From assembly GCA_035221665.1 (NCBI GenBank), contig CM069133.1, forward strand, positions 116,374,001-116,438,000: a stretch of DNA of 64,000 nucleotides, in the 5' to 3' direction. Below the pieces are notes generated by a model. The model was given only the letters and a program-made list of their open reading frames with translations, searched no databases and had not been told where the DNA came from. Position 1 is the stretch's first letter. The number at the start of each line of letters is the position of its first letter. The translations under genes were made by a program, and so were the position numbers. Below are positions 12,183 to 25,941 of this stretch, piece after piece. Source of the stretch: Okamejei kenojei (taxonomy: Eukaryota).

Positions 12183-14012
12183 TAGATGGGGCTTCTTGGG
12201 TAGAATGGACAAGTTGGGCCAAAGGACCTGCTTCCGAGCTGTATGACCCTATAACATTCCACACTACCATTTCTCCCCATCACTCTCTCCAAATCTTGTC
12301 TGTCTTTCAATCGACCCTTTTCTTTTCAAGCAAATTCCTGGCTCCAATCTTCTTTCAACCCCTAATCCTATCCCAAATTAAATCATGCAAGTTACATCTT
12401 CAATATTTTTAAATATGACAATTATAAGATTATGCAAGTTCGATGTTTCCAATAAATAAATCTCTAGTCAAGGACTTTGACTGTTATCTTAACCTTTTGT
12501 TTTCATTCTATTTGCACCCTGGCTAATCTGCAATGCTGAATTATGCAATTATCTAATTATTCAATGCATGTTTATACTGTACTTGTTGAGAACAGTAAAA
12601 GCCACAACTGGATAGGTCAAAACAGTTTGTATAAACCCTTCCCCACAGGAACTGTTGCATTCTATGCCCTCTGCTTCAATAAACATAGAGGATCATTTAG
12701 TCATACAGAGTGCTTGTTTAGTGGTTTGCATTCTGTGAACCATGAATTAATAGCTTCCTGAATTTTTTCTGTGGGCTGGATGCCTGCACTGAATAGCAAT
12801 AGACAACACAATGGTGGTTTCTTGCTACAAATGTAGAGAGCACAAAAACAGGTCAGGGTCAGAGGAAAAAAAATGTGCTTTAATGGTTAGCATTGAAATA
12901 ATGAATAATGCATTCATCACTTGAAATTAATTCAAAGTCTATTTTTGTATAATAACCTTCCATATTTGAAATTGACCAAATATAATTCACAAAAAATTGC
13001 ACAAGCAACTTATGCATTTGTACTACTAGAATATCCAATCACAACTAAATATGCAAACTGAAGCAAATATTATAAAAATTGACACGAAAAAAATACATTG
13101 CAAGGTCAGAACTCTAAATCTGAACGCTAATGTAGTGAATGTTAAAGTGACAGAATTGTCCTTTGTTTGTGAACCTGAAGAACACTGCCCACAGAGATTG
13201 TGATCTTTGTGCCATGGATTTCACTGAATATTGGAGGATATTACTTCTGGGTGGATGGCTGGCATTCAGTAACCATGAAACGATTAATGCAAAGCAGCTA
13301 ATCAACTAGACATTCACAGGCAGTAAGAAAGGGAAAATGGGGAGGGATAGTGGAAAGGGGAAAGGAAGAGGGAAACGTGTCCAGCTATTAAAAACAAATA
13401 TGCTATACTTCGTTTTTAATCAAAGTATAGACTATCAAATAAATTTGAGAGTGATAATTTACCTTTAGATGATACCTATATTTGATTACAAATTCACGTT
13501 TTTCTTCATAATCCACATGGAATTACTTGGTCATTTGTTCAAGAATCACACTGCTAATCTCATTCTGCATTCAAACTCAATTCACATGTTTAAGTTTCAC
13601 AGCAAAAATAGCTTAAATAAAAATTAATTTCTTATTTTTTTAAACCATATACAGAAAATAATTAATTTTAATCTACGATTGCCTTGGATAGTAATTTTCA
13701 ATATTGCGACGGGTGGTCAAAATGAATCAAAAATTGTTTCATAAAAGCTATTTCACTCTCCTTGTGGTGTTCACACAGACAGATGACTCTTACTAATACC
13801 TAGGTTCACAAGTAAATTTCAATTTTATTCCCTGTCTGGTAGAAATGTAGTTACTAAAGTCCATCTGAGAGCAGAGTTGGCTAACTCCCACAAACACAAA
13901 AAACGCTGCCTGGCTAAGCCGCACCACTTTTCGATTCTGCCAAACACTTAGGGCATGGCCCAAGGGAATCCTGGAGTTCATCCCTCCTCATGCAATGTCA
14001 GAACCACAAGTT

Positions 14013-15029
14013 TGATTGGTCCAATCAGTGCCCAGAGAAGAATAAACTAAAAAGATTAAAAGACAGATGCTCACGCATTTCACATGGAGCATACCCTGTG
14101 GCCTGTTACTAGGCAACAAGAGACCACCAATGTGAATTGTATTGTTTTTATAAAATGCAGCACATGGTGGGGGAAAGGATATAATGGTGCAGCTTTTGCT
14201 GAACTTGTTTCTTCATCAATATAATGACATTTAATATGTACATTCACTTACAAAAAATGCTGACTAATAATTAATTTCCCATTAGAATCACATTTTAGTT
14301 TTCCATTACAACTCTTCTATGGAAAAGAGCGTCCCTTTTAAAATGCAGACTACATTCTATTAATTGCGGTCTGAATAGCAAATACCATTTGCTTTGTATA
14401 ATGTGTACACACAATGGTTAACCCAGAAGCAAAAATAAATTATCCCAGTTCTACTGGTGTGTACTGCCAAGTGGAATATTGCATTAGGAAAGCTGGCTGC
14501 AGTACAGAACACAAAACACATATCCTCAACAATATCAATAAACCTTTAATCATCTGGGCAGATATAACAGCTTCACCTTTCCTGCACTTACAACCTCGGC
14601 TTTCTCCTGTAATCCATGTAGAATCTGGCAGCCTCAGACCAGTCAGGGGAAACATCACAAATCTCAGAGGACTACAGTAGTTCAAGTGTTGATTTACAGA
14701 GGGCAGGCAGAATAGATCAATAGGAGAACAGACTCCATTCAAATTCACAGGAGAAAGAGAACATGCTGAGACAATAATTTCCTGGGAAAGCTAAAACCTA
14801 ATGAGAATTAATTCTGTCCATTTCATTCATCCAACCAACCCTTTTGTGAGCAACAGCTTCCTGACAGAAAGGAACCCAAGGCTTCTTAATAGGATTTCCA
14901 TATGATTTCCAACACCTGCTAAAAGTTATTTGTTTATATTCAGAGAGCGCTACTTGATTCAGACATCTGCTTGTCGTGCAGATATATCTTAGGAAGCAAT
15001 CTAGAAAGCAGTTTTGTTGCCATGGTAAC
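14013..15029. promoter_or_regulatory. Candidate intronic regulatory module: CCAAT palindrome plus two RFX X-boxes
   Basis: TGATTGGTCCAATCA (14013-14027), GTTACTAGGCAAC (14105-14117) and GTTGCCATGGTAAC (15016-15029) in TE-free sequence. Confidence 0.45.
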
Positions 15030-16419
15030 ATGGATTTTCATTCTGCCCTTTATTGCACGGTAAAGTACAACATATTCACTCTTGGATTGAAGAGAAAAAA
15101 TTACTATCCGTAGGACTGCTGATCAGTTTCATTTTCTCTAAGATTTAACATACAGAAGAGAACACTGTTTAATTATCATTGCCATGTTTCAAGTGACATT
15201 ATTAAATTAGACAAATACATCACTGTAGCTGACACAAGTCACTAATATATTCACTTATTCTACTGACAACTCAGTTACAAGACATTCAGTTGTTCCAAAC
15301 AATTAATGCACCCACACAGGCATAGCTAAATGTTTATGGCTAAAATGTAAATGCCATTAGGGTATAGCTTTAAACAAAGTCAATACCTCAGTACACTATT
15401 AAATACATTTGCACTATATAAAGGATCTATCAAGTATCCAATAATAGGCCATCCACAAACAATTATTTTTACTAAGAATATTTCAGTAATCAAGGGGAAG
15501 AAGTAATATAAAGCCATTAACAACATAAATCAAAGGCTGTAACAAATGCAAAAAATGATGAATAGCTTCCCACTGTTACTATTGCTCCATGATGTAAAAT
15601 GCCAGGTGTCTATCATTTATCATCAATCAAGGAGTGAACATTCACAAAACTTCAGATTATAGTTTTAAAAGGTTTGAATAATTAATTTCAAGATTCCGAC
15701 ATATCTTTACAAGTACTATCAACATTAAATGTTACACTTTAATTTAACAGTGTCATATAATGTTAATGTTTTGGGTATCTCAGCCACCATCACAATCCAT
15801 TTGATTACTCCAAGTCGATTGTAAATAGTAACCACTGCAAGTGTAACTCCCGACAGCACTTCACTCAAAATGTCATGAGAATAGCACGATTTAGGATAGC
15901 TACAGAGGTTTTGACTATGTTATTGACATCATTACAACCAAAACGTGTCTATTGTTGCATTGCTCAACACTATCCTTTGCATGAATAAAATCCCATTCTG
16001 GATCGGGAAAACCAAGGATTGGAGTCAAATAAAACTCTACAGTACGTTGTTTTAAACAATTACTGTTATGCTTTTTCCAACTTCTGGCAAAGTACAGTAA
16101 GATCCGTTACCATAAATATATTGTTGCTAATTTTATGTAGTAAACATAACTATTGTTATTTATTTAGGATATAACATTCCTGATAGCCGTCGATAACCTC
16201 AAATGTTTGCTGCCTCCAGAAATGCGTCTCCATGTTATGTCTGGTAAATGATGGCATGTTCAGAGTAACCAGCTATTCATTCACTGACGTGATTGAGAAC
16301 AAATCTTGCAATAGTATCTTTAAAATATTAGATCCTCCAGTCCTCTCTAAACATGTTCATTATTCAACACCACTTCACAACCCCCCAACCCACTTCCCTC
16401 ACACCCCGTTCCCCTTTCT

Positions 16420-16510
16420 CTCTTTTGGGAGAAGATACAGGAGTCTGAAAGTCTGTATATCCAGACTTAAGAACAACTTCTCAATAGCTATCAGACTCTT
16501 GAATCAATCA
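16420..16510 (+). mobile_element. Rex1/Babar-like LINE 3' relic
   Basis: GRRYRSLKVCISRLKNNFS-IAIRLLN resembles a Rex1-type ORF C-terminus. Confidence 0.55.
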
Positions 16511-16769
16511 CCATTTCACACCAGCTTCCTGGAGTTGCCGTTACATACTCCACTTTATATGGTTATTCCAGTATTCCTATTTAGGAATTGTATTTTGCAC
16601 TACAACCTCTGCATCATTCTGTTGTTTTGGACTTATAGTTGTATTTATTATTGTTGTTTCTATCATTACACATACCCTTGAGCTCCTTGTGAACAAGGAA
16701 CCCTCGTATATATATATAACAATAAACTAACAAGAATATGAATCGGTCTAAGTCGCCTGCTTGATCGGC

Positions 16770-17170
16770 ACCCCATCTATAACCATTCACATACTCCAAC
16801 ACTGATGTACAGTACCAGCAAAGAAACCATTTACATGTTGCATTGCAGCAGTTCACCTTAAGCAGCACTTTTCAAACCAACCACCTCTACCAACTAGAAG
16901 GACAAGGGCAGCAAAACCATGGGAAATTCACTGCCTAGAAGGTGACATCCAAGCCACATACCATCCTTACTTGTAACTATTACTGTTTCTTCACCATCAC
17001 TGGGTCAAAATCCTGAAACTCCATCCAAAACCGCATTGTGGGTAAACCACGCCCAAAGGACTGCAGTGGCTCAAGAGGACAGCTCATCATCACCATCTCA
17101 AGGCCAATTGAGGATGAATAATTAAATGTTAGCTCAACCTGCTAAGCTTTCTTGAATGGAAAATAAAAAA
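16770..17170 (+). mobile_element. Old LINE 3' end with A-rich tail
   Basis: ctagaaggacaagggcagca...gggtcaaaatcctgaaactcc...cagctcatcatcaccatctcaagg, ending in aaataaaaaaaa. Confidence 0.5.
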
Positions 17171-17179
17171 AACAAGACA

Positions 17180-17935
17180 CTGGAAAACATGGACCACTCC
17201 CCATTCCGCAGAAGTCACCATTGAATGAAGTCAAACATTGACGATGAAAGTCACCATCATCTTCAGTGCAAAAGCAGACTCTTTGGCCATAAGAGGAAGT
17301 GTTTGAATGTCAAGATTTCAAACCTGGCTCAAATGTTGCAGTCTAGCCATCCTGTATCCTTCTAAGACACCACAAACCATTTGAGAGATACCACATATGC
17401 AGTCTTGGAAAGATCTCCAAATTCATTGGCGGGATAAGCAAACCAATGTTAGCATCTTCTCCCAGGACAATATCCCCAGTATTGGGGGCCTTAATACACT
17501 CTATCATGTTATTTCCATGCCCAACTCCAAACCCTCAATACAGACACTCAACATGTTCTGTCGAACGAGGAGGACACCAAATGGACAAAGGAAAGATTTA
17601 GGTATTTTCACAAACTCCTGTTGAAAATGTGCAACATCCCACCTAGTCAGGAGAATCACTCGTTCATGACTGCTCAAGTTAGAGAAAGACCATTCAGGTT
17701 GGCACTGGGAGTCTCAAGCCCATTCATCAGCAGCACAGGGATTCTCAATGTAAACAGGAGTAGTAGTAATTCTATGCCCAAACTACCACCCACTCAGATT
17801 GCCAAGCTCCTCCTACCCCATCTGTAGTAGAGTCTACAGGTCCACATTTGGCTTTATGTTACTGACACATTGTCTCAGAATCCCACAAAGCTCCAACACG
17901 AGGTCATCATCAATGATAAGGAGCTGTCTAAGATC
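17180..17935 (+). mobile_element. RTE-clade LINE relic
   Basis: LQIHWRDKQTNVSIFSQDNIPSI resembles the RTE post-RT motif (I.W.D..TN..VL....IPSI). Confidence 0.6.
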
Positions 17936-18980
17936 ATATTAATGAAGCATTTTTAAATTCAAAACTGGGTTGTGCAGGTAAATGCAGTGTTTTAGGAATT
18001 AAATATCAACACTTTGAGGTCAGGAGTATAAATAGTGATAAAAAGGAACATCGGTGATAGAAAAATACCAACGTGCTCCAGTCTTCTAGTTAGATGTTTA
18101 TGTACAATACATAAATTATCACAAAAGCAAACAAAAAAAATAGCCATGGTCTCTCATTATTCTGTCCTGTGAAAAGAACGAACGCAATTACAAGGAATGT
18201 AAAATCAAGAATGGCTCACTGTAATCCTGCCCAAAAGCCACAAATAATAGAGCTTAATAACTGAATGACATTTCCTCTATAATTCTTCTATCCTACATAA
18301 GAAAATATTGTCCCGCAATGGATTAGAAACAAAGTATTTGTTTTAAATAAAATTAATCAAATGATCTGTAGTACACAAAAATATACATGTTCATAATATA
18401 TCCTACACTAATTGTTACCAACATCTCCTTTACGCATTAATGACTTTCAAGCGAGCCATAAAAATTTCAGGCATCATTAATTTAGATTTGCACTGGAATT
18501 TTCTTTGACAGCCAGCCAAAAATTGCTTATTATTTAGAACACTAGTAATGCCTGTTTGCACGTTAGTAGAGGAGAAAAGGGGGAAAAATGCAAAAGGCAA
18601 TTTATGTCATGCTCATTACCTGTTAAAGAACATTATTCTGCATGAATAAATTATATTATACAAGGACACAGCGTACAGCTGTTGGGAATTGTCTCATTCT
18701 GGTAGTTAGACATCAGCATTAGTCACATGATGCAAAAATCATAAAATATCTCTCCTTCACAGAATAGGTTAAGAGATGATCAATCAATAAAATAGGCGAC
18801 TAAATGTTACTTTGTGTATTGCTGAAAACATTTAGGAAATTAGCAAGCTAGTGTATCTTGAAATGCTGGCAGCAAGCTTTTCATCCAAAAATAAATCATT
18901 CTGACATGTCTTTAAACCTTTGATACTAAAAATATTTTCTTTTTGGCCACAATACAATTTTGTTCCCTATCACAGCAAAA

Positions 18981-19307
18981 AATATCATATAACCATATAA
19001 CAAATACAGCACGGAAACAGGCCATCTCGGCCCTTCTAGTCCGTGCCGAACACTTACTCTCATCTACCTGCACTCAGACCATAACCCTCCATTCCTTTCC
19101 TGTCCATAAACCTATCCAATTTATTTTTAAATAATAAAATCGAACTGCCTCCACCACTTCCACTGGAAGCTCATTCCACACAGCTACCACTCTCAGAGTA
19201 AAGAAGTTCCCCCTCATGTTACACCTAAACTTTTGCCCCTTAATTCTCAAAACATGTCCTCATTTGAATCTTCCCTACTCTCAATGGAAAAAGCTTATCC
19301 ATGTCAA
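18981..19307 (-). mobile_element. CR1 3' end from a different subfamily, with (TTATATGG)-like tail
   Basis: Decayed GNFFTLRVVAVWNELPVEVVEA on the minus strand, with a tandem tail at about 18985-19000. Confidence 0.75.
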
Positions 19308-19430
19308 CCACACAACTCTATAGGCCTCCGCCGATCGAAGTGGGACCGGCCCCGCGAGGCCATACGCCTCAAGCGACCACGTTTGATCACGCTAGACGCA
19401 TGCAATCGCACGCTGGTGGGACAGGCCTTT
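19308..19430 (-). mobile_element. Truncated MITE end, same family as 59059-59515
   Basis: Reverse complement of about 59060-59180. Ends GTGGGACAGGCCTTT followed by TA. Confidence 0.8.
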
Positions 19431-19937
19431 TAGTCACATTTTTAGCACCAAAGTAATCAGTAATTACAAGCAAGGGCGGATATATATTTTTGCAGTTACC
19501 ACACTGTGATTCAGAAGTGATGACAAAAGTGCCACTAGCGGAACAAACACACCATATATTGACTGCATTATTGAACATTGGCCTGTCTACCTGTCAAGGT
19601 GAATGTAAAACATGACCATATCTTGCAGCTGGGCATGGAGTTTTCCAATGCATTACAATATTTTCCCTTCACCCATTGGATCCAATAAAGTAGGCTAACT
19701 AGTTATTTCACTCAGCTGCAGTTCATGAAACATGTCTTTGTACAAGCTGACTATTACATTTACTTATACAATAATAGTTCATTCATCACAAAAGGAAATG
19801 ATTCATTGCACTGTGATTTTCTGAAGAAAGTATAAAAGGTGATCTGTAATTGTGAGTATCTTATTACTTTTGTGACACTGGCACATTCAAATGTCAAATC
19901 TCATGTTTAACTACTTCTGGGTTCAAATACCCAAACA

Positions 19938-20230
19938 AGGGTGGCACAGTGCTGAAGGTAGTAGAATAGCGACTGAAACCTGACCTTGGGTGCTGTCTGG
20001 GTGGAGTATGAACATTAAGTGATCATGTGGGTTTCCTTCAGGTGTTCCAGTTTCCTCCCAAATCTCAAAGACTTGTTAATTGGTAGTTTAATTGCAGACT
20101 GTTAAATTTCCCCTAGTGTGTAATTGAGTGGTAGAATCCAAAGAGAGTTAATGAGAATGTGGGAGAATGAGATAAATTGGATTAATGTAGAATTAGTGTT
20201 AATAGGTGATTGATTGTCAGTGCTGAAGAG
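19938..20230 (+). mobile_element. Degenerate tRNA-derived SINE (V-SINE-like)
   Basis: ggggtggcacagtg head and gtgggtttccttcaggtgttccagtttcctccca core. Confidence 0.65.
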
Positions 20231-20762
20231 ACAAACTGTCCTGTGTCTCTAGGACCCTTTACAAAATGTAAATTAGTTTGAAAAACAGTGAATTTATAAA
20301 AAAGGTTTTTTGCAGGTTAACATACACCAAAAAAAAGTTTTATCATCAGGTATTCAGCAGGTATTGAGTATTGACCCCACCAATAGATAAAAGCACAAGC
20401 ATTCAACTTCCAGACCGGTTTTCCTGATTTCCAAGATCAGTCATCAAGAATATGTATTTATTTTTCATTAACCCACTAACATGGGCTAGCAATATGCTGG
20501 TAGGCTAAAAATGAAAAGTCAAGTGTTCCGAGATAATGGGTTTCCCATCAATTTCCCATTGGAGCCTTAGCTCTAAAACAAAACCATGTTTAGACACAGA
20601 TCTAAAGTTATCGTTGGCAATGTGACAACAAAAGCATTTCTGTACCACAGCAATATCAGAAGATACATGGGACTATAAATGAAAATCAAAATGACAAAAA
20701 ACAAGAAAATTGACAAAAGATCCAATTTGTATTCCCTTGTAAAAAAATGTGTTGAAACCTAC

Positions 20763-20779
20763 CTTTACTGAGTCTCTGT
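20763..20779 (-). CDS. TLE4: TLE4 17-nt microexon (equiv. exon 8): (D)RDSVK
   Basis: gaacag|ACAGAGACTCAGTAAAG|gtaggt. It bridges phase 1 to phase 0 and gives DRDSVK, versus DRDSIK in human. Confidence 0.9.
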
Positions 20780-22833
20780 CTGTTCTCGTGGGAAGCCACA
20801 TCATTAAATAAATGAACGAGGTTGCAATCAATAGAGCAAGGAAAAATGGGAAATGGGGAAAGGGGTAGGAGGGAAAAACAAGCACCTGTTATCATGATTG
20901 TCAGGTTATCCAATCACCAGATGTGTCGTTTCCTAGTAAAGTACATTTTCACATCCTATATTAACACATCTACAGCATAGGATTCATATTCTGAATTCAC
21001 ATCGGGTGACATCTGCATTCTGTCCTACCCTGCCTCCTAGGTCTAACCCCAAGATATTACTTTTAGTTGGAGAAAAAAAATAATGTTATTCTGACGGGGC
21101 AGATAGAGAGATATAGGGTAGTTGTATTTTTGCACAATTGTACATTCTCCATCAGTGTAATTCCTTAGTTTAACAAAATCTCTCGAAAGTAAGGGTAAAA
21201 CCTCGAACTGGATGACACATTAAATTTGTAATGTTCAAAGTTGAACAACAAATTAACTACTTTGTTAATTGATCCATCAGGATCCCACTTTCAAGTATGA
21301 AGTAGGAAATGATTCCACTGATAAAGAGTAGAATGTTCCATGCAGTGATATGATCATTTCCTTTTCACTAATCCTCTTAATGAAGACATCTGAATTTAGT
21401 ATCAGACTATGCAGAAAGATTGACTAATCAATTCAATGAATCAACAGAATAATTTGGTCTGCAAAATATTATACCTTTCACTTGATATTTTATAACTATT
21501 TTACAATTTTCTTTCTTACTGTTTGTGATAATTTACAACAGATAATTTTCCCAACCTGCGGATTAATGAAGAAAGCACTTGAATCGATTCATAACTTTAT
21601 GTTGTAGTTGATCAAGCAGTCTGCAAAATAATATTTTTTCTTGATGGAAAATCATCGCTCTTTATATTGATTGCGAGACGTCAGTAAGAGTGAACATACT
21701 CATCTTTCAAGGAGCATATGATCACAGAACAAAGAGCAGGGGGAAGAGAAGGAGGGTCAGTTCACTAATGGCAGACTAGATTCAAGTGTCACTTTAGGGA
21801 CCCAATTAGGTTCACCACTGACAACCCTCACCATCAAAGTCCTAAAAAATCCACTTTTAATCAGAAAGTTGATGCTTTAACAGTAATGTGGGTCTTTACA
21901 GTACTGCTATATTTATAATTATTCACTTCAAAGCAAAAAAATAATGTAATTTGGTCAATGGTTGGATAGGAAATATAAAGTTGCTGGTTATAAGATTGCA
22001 GATTATTTCCTACATTTGTGAAACAAGGTAACAAAGTAGAGGAATCGTTCAGTTAGCTATTTTCTATCATTTCCAAATATGTTTTAGGAAAGATAATGAT
22101 GTCTGACTTCAGTTATAACACTGCTTCTCATTTTATCCAGGATACAGAGTGTCTAATCTAAACGATTTGAAATGTTTTATTGTTTGATAATTCAAAGTGG
22201 GTGTATTGATATCTATTTGTCTTCTTTTGCTTTTAAGAATTCAGACTTAGCAAGGTAAGGCTGGAAATAAAGTATTAAGTTGAATGGCTCTCAAATTGGG
22301 ATAGTTTGGGAGTATCGCTGTTTAAACTGCATTGGTCGTAATACATAGTCCAGCCTCTCCCACACAAAAAATAACATGCATTTCCTACTTCATCAAATGT
22401 TTATTTTCAACATGACACAAAATTTGATGCAAAATTTAAGAATATCTTCAACGTACTAGTTTTAATATCACAAATTACACAGGATAAATGGTAAAGTAGG
22501 AAGGTAAAGGATCACTATTGCAATTAGGAATTTCAAAACTGATATTGATGGGTATTCAATTATGAGTATTATCAGATACAAAACTAACGCAATTTGTCAT
22601 AGTGAAGATACAGATTAGCATTAATGAATAATGAAAGGGACTTGAAAATTAATAGCATATTCCTATTATTGTAACCAGGTTGAAGAAGGGTCCTGACCCA
22701 AAACGTCAATTGTCCATTCCCTCCACTGATGCTGCCTGACCCATTGAATTCCTCCACCAATTTGATTTTTGATTAACACCAGGTTCCCATTTTATAATTA
22801 CGGTCTTCATCTCCGATTTCAAACATTGTTTAC

Positions 22834-23017
22834 CTCTTTGATGGTCTGTTTCATGGTGCTTTTTCTCATTTTTCATAGCACTCGATAATGCCAATAGTCC
22901 TGCACTGCTTCCAACAGATGGGATTCCTGGAAGCTGGAGTCCTGATGGGTGCGGAGTGAGGGGTACTGGAAGTGCATGGCCGTGGGATAAGTGTTGGGCT
23001 TGTAGTTGCTGCTGCTG
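22834..23017 (-). CDS. TLE4: TLE4 exon (equiv. exon 7), GP domain: [61 protein letters not shown]
   Basis: 184 nt, ttttccacag|CAG...AGA G|gtaaac, phase 0-1. The exact start is ambiguous because of tandem CAG acceptors. Confidence 0.93.
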
Positions 23018-25941
23018 CTGTGGAAAAATTAACTTGTATGAACATAATGTGTGAAAAAAATTAGAAAATGTACATAAAATCACGAGAACACATTGAGAAA
23101 CACAGTATTGCAAAAATAAAAAACACAATTATCTTTGACATTTTCCCCCAAATTTAATAATGTATTAAAAATCTATGCTCTGATATTCAGGAAAACATGA
23201 AGGTGACGGCAGAGAAATGAGGAAGTCTTACTAAATTTAAGAAAATACCATTATTGAAATTGTTCTTTTTAGCCAATTTCCTCTCGGTGTTTAGTCCAGT
23301 TAACAGGATGGTTTGCACCAGAAGCTTAGTGCTATGACAAGGTCACTATTCTCTGCAAACACTATGGTAGAATAGAGATCTGGGATTGGTGGGAGTAAGA
23401 GTGGAAAGAAAAAAAACAGCATTCATTTGATTATAAGCAAGAAATTGGTTCATGGTTACCATCGCGGTGAGATAGGGTGTGATGGGGAGGTGAAAGGTAG
23501 GGCAATCAAGGAAGAGAAAATGGGATAAAGATTGTGATAGTAAGGACATCAGCAATTAGTTGGTCAAATAAAAAAAACATGGAGTAGAGTGAGCACTTAT
23601 GTATCTCAAGAAAGTATGTATCTCAAGCCCACCAGATGCACTATAAAAGGCACTTCCTGAGCCAGCAGTTCACCAAATTGTGTGTTCTGGGAGACCCAAA
23701 TACCAAGTTGATTTAATTGCCTCCCGATTTTACTATGTTAGTGTCTTGCCGCTTTAAAAGACTAACCTACATAGCATATAACCTCTCCAAACATTAATAT
23801 CAAGGCCCAAGTGTATACGCAAGTATTTATATGACTGCTGCATGTTGTTTATAGCAATAAAAGAGAGTTTCACAATTCATCTGCCATTTTAAATATTTCC
23901 TCATTAGTTTTTAAAGTACAAATTAAGCTAAAGGAAACTGGTTGTTAATTTGGTATAGAAATGAAAACTACATTTGCAATTGTTTAAAAGCCTGGATATT
24001 CACTTCCCCAGCACTACATTTTCACTTCTTTTCTACGGAAATGTTTTAAATTATTTTGCATCTAGACCAAAATCACACAGCTTGCTGGTGTAATCATTTG
24101 GATTTGTAATTCAGGAAACTAGTTTGAATAATACTTTAGCTTAAAAAGTGCCAAGAAAATATGATACAAAATTAACAATGTAACATAATTTCAAAAATCC
24201 AGAAACAATTAGAGCATAATGCAACACATTAACCAGGAACAATGTAACTACTTCAATGGCACACTGAATAGTACTTAAATGCTAAGAAAATGTAAGCTAC
24301 TCCAAATGAAACAGCATTTTACTGTAAGCAACTACATTAAAATGCTTACAAAAATAGGCCTTCTGCCCCTCCACAAATAGTAAATCAGCTGAAAAGAATT
24401 GACAATAAGAAAACACCACCTCAGCCCTCAGAGTGTCCTTAGCAGTACTTCAACAAATTACTAAAATAATCTGATGTAGCAGAGATTCAGCTCCTTAGGC
24501 TTGCTCAATGATATTGAAGTAATTGTATACTCTGTGCACGTTTGGTGATGCTCGAATAAAAAGCTAGAGGCCTGCCCTTGTCCTCTTTGCAAGTCTGCGA
24601 GTTTATGTTGTGACAGGTTTATTTGAATGGGACTATGATGCATGCACCAGCAGCTCCACTGACAAGAGTTTAAAGTCTGTTTTACCAGTACACTGGAACA
24701 CATAGAAAAGTCCTCAAGAGGTTAGAATGTGAGTGTTTGACCTCAGCTAGAGCGGCATGAAGCTTTGTGCTGTACTAACCATTGCTGGGTAGATGGTTTA
24801 CTACTGTTGACAGGTGGAAGGAGCAAGGAGAATAATGCAATTTATTCTGTGCATTGTGGAATATATCATTCACAAAAATAAACACAATGTATCAAAAAGA
24901 TTAGAATTCTCTCAATAAAATTAAAATAATATTTTACTTTAATTAGATCCAATTAAAAATCAATTTTCAATATTAGTTTTCAATGATCTGTAACTATTTA
25001 CTGTAATTGAATATACAACTATTTATTTAATGACAACAAATTGCTGTGATTAATTATCTAATAAAGCTGAAGGAATATGATTTTATATGCAGGAGGTTGG
25101 GGGAAAAGATAAACAAACACCAGCAAAACAGATATCAGACTGCAGGAAGTTCAAATGTGAGAGCTGCATTAATGCGAATGCCTTACATGAATCTTCTGAG
25201 GTTCAGCATTCAAGTCCTAACAGAACAATCTAACTTTCTATGAAGCTAAACAATAATAGATTTTTGAATTAAGAAATAATTGCATTTTGAAGCATCAAAA
25301 ATCAAGTTCCTTTTTCCGTTATGGTTCGTAAAAGAGTCACATGAAAAATTTTAAATGATATTTAGGTCCAATAGTCAGCATAAAATGCGTTAAAACTGCC
25401 TCTCTGAATATGACAACTCGGTACTCCACTCCACCACCCTGCCCTGCTGAGATACTCCAGCATTGTTGTGTCTATCTTCGGTTTAAACCAGCACTTGCAG
25501 TTCCTTCCTACACACTGAATATTTGATTACCTTTCTGAAACAACTGGAATTTTTCCAGTTAATTTCCCCTATAGAGACTTCAGCTCATAAGTGCAATATA
25601 CATGATGGCCAAAAGACTACTTAACATTCATTCTCCTAGGTTTTAGCCAAATAATAGATGGGTAAAACACTACCATTTCCATCAGCAAATGCTTCAAACA
25701 ACTCTTACACTGTCTTGAGTAATCTCATGTCACACTAACATGATGGGAGATGGCCTCCTGTCAAAAGACCTTCGTGTGAGACATCTTCGTGTGAGACATT
25801 TGTGTGAGAGTGGTCTCACACAAAGGTCTTTTGCCAGGAGGCAACCTCCCATCATGTCAGTGTGACCCAGCCTAGTGCAGAGTAACATATCAGTCTGTAA
25901 GTCACAGGAGCAGAAATAGACCATTTGGCTTATCAAGTCTA

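Noticed and set aside
25768-25820. Short tandem CTTCGTGTGAGACAT repeats (also AAGATATA repeats at about 43056-43110)
   Set aside because: Ordinary local slippage duplications with no sign of function.
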